Under the pieces are notes generated by a model. It had not been told where the DNA came from, searched no databases, and was given only the letters and a program-made list of their open reading frames with translations. This document shows positions 61,901 to 64,000 of a stretch of 64,000 nt of DNA, piece after piece. The stretch is from Euglena gracilis (taxonomy: Eukaryota). The stretch covers positions 35,821,703 through 35,885,702 of the forward strand of contig CP154954.1 in NCBI GenBank assembly GCA_039621445.1, written 5' to 3'. How positions within the stretch are numbered: position 1 is the stretch's first letter; each line of letters starts with the position of its first letter. Made by a program: the position numbers and the translations under genes.

Positions 61901-63868
61901 CCCACTTGATTTGCTTTACAGAAGTGAGCGCTGAATCAGGGTAGAGGATGGGCACACCCTAGCAGAGGCTCGCACCCAGAATCCCCAAAAGGAGACCCAA
62001 GGACAAATTTCATTTAAAAGAAACTCCTGAGCTCCTCCAAAGAATTACTGTGGGTTCCTCACCAGCAGTCCAAAAGGTTCACCCAACCTGCAATGGCAAC
62101 GGGTGGGATCTGAGGTTGGCTTGAAATCACGTTTTTCCTTCCTGCGCCATGTCTCCACCCCCGGTGGGTTGCTGCTGCAAGTCCTGATTTTGGCCCGGCC
62201 CTGAGGTGTAATGAAAACCTTTGGCGTTTGTCAATGACGGTTGTCAATGAGGGTTGTCAAACCTTTGACGGGTTGTCAATGAGGGTTCCTCCAACTTCTC
62301 GGGGAAAAAAAGAACAACTTTTTTTTAAAAAACAGCAATTAACTTTTCCTATTTATAAAAATGAGCTGGACAACCCATTTTTTTCAACACAATCTCAGCT
62401 ATTTCATTTGCAATCTTTCTGCCATTCCAATGCAATCCAGTTTCAGCCTGTTAACGCACACGTCACTCACATCGTCTGCTCTCCAAAACCCTTCGAGCCA
62501 AATTTTGCAATGACGCAAAATTCCATATCGGGGATGAGAGAACGTTCCCCCGCACACCCAGTGCGGATGGCGACAACGCAACGATGGGCGCCGGGCAATC
62601 GCTGGGCGGGATATTAGTGTCGACCTGCGGTGACAGGTTGGCGATCAGGGCGACGGTGACCGGGATGGAGAGGTATGTGAGGACGAACCACACGTTGCGG
62701 GCAGGGCGGGAGGGAGGGGAGGAAGGGGCGCAGCGGGAGACGCAAGATGGACCAGCAAAAAAGACAAGACAAAAAAAAAAAAAAACAAAACAGAAAAAAA
62801 CAGAACAAAAAAAAAAACACACAAAAACACACAAAAAAACACACAAACGAAAACACAAAAAAAAACACACAACCACGCAAAAACACAATAAAAACACAAT
62901 AAAAACACAATAAAAACAAAAAACAAAAAAATGCAAGTTGCGCCCTCCCCGCTGCTCTGAGCCTACTAAGTAGATTCCAATTCATGACGAGTCGACTAAG
63001 TCTCCCAAAGGCGCATTGAACTGATCACTGCTGAGAGAGACAGCAAGCGCACAGCACGCACACTGGACGAAAATACACCTGAGATGATGAAAGAGAGGCT
63101 TTTCGTCAACCAGGGATCAAAAGCAAGCTGCAACAGGAGTTGGAGTGCCTGATCCCCACAATGTGTGCAGGAGGCCAATAAAAAATCGTTGCAACACACC
63201 CCAGTGAGTTGCTCGAAGCCTTACAAGTGTCCAGCCCTGCACGAAAAGGCACGAAACTGACGATAAAACCAAAATCAAAGCTTCTGAGAATGCCCACGCG
63301 GCTGGACAACAGCACTTGGACTGCATTTTCCTGCGGGGGACGCTTCCACGCCACACACACCGTGTGTTGCACGCCGCATACGCTGCATAAACACGCACCG
63401 CGTGTTTCACGCCATGCACGCCGCGCCGCACGCCGCATGTGACGTGCGACACCTGCCAGGCCATCTTAAGAACATTTTGCAGGTACTCGGCACTGGGCAC
63501 TGGGCACTGGGGGGATGGACCACTGGGATGGATGGATGGATGGATGGATGGAAAAAACGGACCAGCTAGACCCCCCCTGGGGGAGGGGTCCGGGGTCCCC
63601 CGACAAAAACAAATTTCCTCCGGCGCTTTGCGCCAGTCATTGGAAAAAAGCTTTCCATTAGCTAGCCTGCTAGCAGACCCCCCCCCCGGCGGGGTCCATT
63701 GGAATTCCCGCTAGCTAAATTTGGACCCCCCCCAGGAGGGGTGCTGCGAACCCTTGAGCAAAGGCCTGACACCCTGGGCGACGCCGATGAACTGCAGCAG
63801 GTCAAAGAGCAGCAGCAGCTGAACGGCAGCGATAATGAGGTGCTTGCGGCTGGCCTCCCGCGTGATGT
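42255..63868 (-). CDS. Multi-exon membrane-bound hybrid histidine kinase (TM helices, HisKA-like NHILKN, HATPase_c, receiver); 5' end beyond window, 3' end not located
   Basis: 16 exons join under the nnnCAG...CTGnnnnn rule, apart from two 1-nt slips inside exons and one unresolved gap (60084-62630). Product: ...[19 protein letters not shown]...[12 protein letters not shown]...[21 protein letters not shown]...FEVTN...[11 protein letters not shown]...[15 protein letters not shown]...DIVVMDNHL. Confidence 0.88.
42375..42525. repeat. (GATATA)n microsatellite inside intron 42313-42598
   Basis: Direct inspection. Confidence 0.95.
42599..42719 (-). CDS. HK exon (receiver): [39 protein letters not shown]
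   Basis: Receiver acidic pocket VDDS. Confidence 0.87.
43030..43071 (-). CDS. HK exon (start of receiver): [13 protein letters not shown]
   Basis: CTGcctgc| and |gccGAG; gives KIFCVDDS after splicing. Confidence 0.8.
44155..44329. mobile_element. Short copy of the 40427-40917 MITE family
   Basis: Same termini, TA TSD and GGGCAATTGTCGCGTGACAAATCGGG start. Confidence 0.85.
45133..47639. mobile_element. 2.5-kb TIR element with 5-bp TSD and many TTGCGCnnnnGCGCAA palindromes
   Basis: 24-bp TIR CTTAGGCGGCCTAACTCGCACTTA / TAAGTGCGAGTTAGGCCGCCTAAG; flanking direct repeat ACCGG. Confidence 0.85.
46532..47007. mobile_element. Foldback MITE, ~190-bp inverted arms
   Basis: GGACATTTGCGCTTAAGCGCAAA... 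arms are near-perfect reverse complements around a ~90-bp spacer. Confidence 0.9.
48032..48770. repeat. Three short arrays of 10-bp (TCCGGTGGGA)n
   Basis: Arrays at ~48032-48110, 48626-48684 and 48714-48770. Confidence 0.9.
50171..50424. mobile_element. Small MITE
   Basis: TAAAC(C)nTAATAGAAGCACGGG ... CCGCGCTTCTATTA(G)nCGGGTTTA inverted termini. Confidence 0.7.
51990..52133. repeat. 144-bp spacerless palindrome
   Basis: Centre TTGC|GCAA at 52061/52062; one mismatch in the arms. Confidence 0.92.
52519..52637 (-). CDS. HK exon (end of HATPase): [39 protein letters not shown]
   Basis: CTGcccgc| and |accCAG; phases match both neighbours. Confidence 0.85.
52690..52930. repeat. (TG)n/(CGTG)n microsatellite in intron
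   Basis: Direct inspection. Confidence 0.95.
53236..53327 (-). CDS. HK exon (F/G2-box region): [30 protein letters not shown]
   Basis: CTGgcacg| and |agtCAG. Confidence 0.85.
53660..53779 (-). CDS. HK exon: [40 protein letters not shown]
   Basis: CTGcagct| and |gagCAG; 40 codons. Confidence 0.85.
54507..54605 (-). CDS. HK exon with HATPase N-box: [33 protein letters not shown]
   Basis: N-box pattern LDNA..NA..HG; 33 codons. Confidence 0.9.
55694..55741 (-). CDS. HK exon: [16 protein letters not shown]
   Basis: CTGccgtc| and |ggcCAG; 16 codons. Confidence 0.82.
56810..56897 (-). CDS. HK exon: [25 protein letters not shown] (1-nt slip in C run near end)
   Basis: CTGgcagt| and |cccCAG. Confidence 0.82.
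56976..57014 (-). CDS. HK exon: [12 protein letters not shown]
   Basis: Boundaries from a 14/16-bp intron stem and |aatCAG. Confidence 0.78.
57099..57272. mobile_element. hAT-type MITE
   Basis: CAGGGGTTATTTTT ... AAAAAAAACCCTG with perfect 8-bp TSD GTTGCGCT (57091-57098, 57273-57280). Confidence 0.9.
58772..58827 (-). CDS. HK exon: [18 protein letters not shown] (contains +1 slip)
   Basis: Completes the NHILKN H-box; GAG/CTC-paired introns on both sides. Confidence 0.8.
59513..59596 (-). CDS. HK exon: [28 protein letters not shown] (phospho-His candidate)
   Basis: Coiled coil leading into the H-box; exactly 28 codons. Confidence 0.88.
59748..59830 (-). CDS. HK exon: [28 protein letters not shown]
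   Basis: Followed by the paired-end intron 59597-59747. Confidence 0.82.
60056..60083 (-). CDS. HK micro-exon: VYGSQVLCL
   Basis: CTGacttg| and |catCAG; joins in frame to SICASFY. The 5' boundary is tentative. Confidence 0.55.
62631..62696 (-). CDS. HK exon (TM): [22 protein letters not shown]
   Basis: Flanked by CTGcccgc| and |ccgCAG; high GC3. Confidence 0.78.
63780..63868 (-). CDS. HK exon (TM region): [29 protein letters not shown]
   Basis: Flanked by CTGgccat| and |gccCAG; in frame with the next exon. Confidence 0.75.
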
Positions 63869-64000
63869 ATGGCCAGGCGGGGTTCAACCAACCCTGGGGG
63901 GGGGGGGGCAGGGAGAGAAATTCATATCGGAGGCCTTCAAAAAAATTGCGGAAAAATTGTGGGAAATCGCGGAAAATTCTAGAAAATTTGCAGAAAAATT

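Overview
Eukaryotic DNA, very probably from a euglenid, inferred from a gene whose introns follow the euglenid non-conventional (non GT-AG, end-paired) pattern. From left to right: (1) 15.4 kb of a 213-bp satellite with local higher-order variants. (2) An ~8.7-kb composite insertion in that satellite, made of a 5'-truncated, minus-strand Ty3/Gypsy chromovirus joined head-to-head to a 5'-truncated, plus-strand CRE-clade non-LTR retrotransposon. The Gypsy polyprotein carries a DIRS-like N6-adenine DNA methyltransferase domain (DLFA...NPPF) between protease and RT. (3) About 2 further satellite units and a possible second, truncated LTR element. (4) ~12.9 kb of (TATATG)n. (5) A minus-strand membrane-bound hybrid histidine kinase gene (TM, HisKA-like, HATPase, receiver), which I assembled by hand from 16 short exons over ~21.6 kb. 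Its 14 defined introns have paired ends (nnnCAG...CTGnnnnn or the compensatory GAG/CTC) and are packed with nested MITEs. Highlights are the methyltransferase-plus-chromodomain Gypsy element, and the observation that the 3+5 nt intron-end geometry equals the 8-bp TSD of the CAGGG...CCCTG hAT MITEs in the same window. All calls come from motif reading only; no database search was run.
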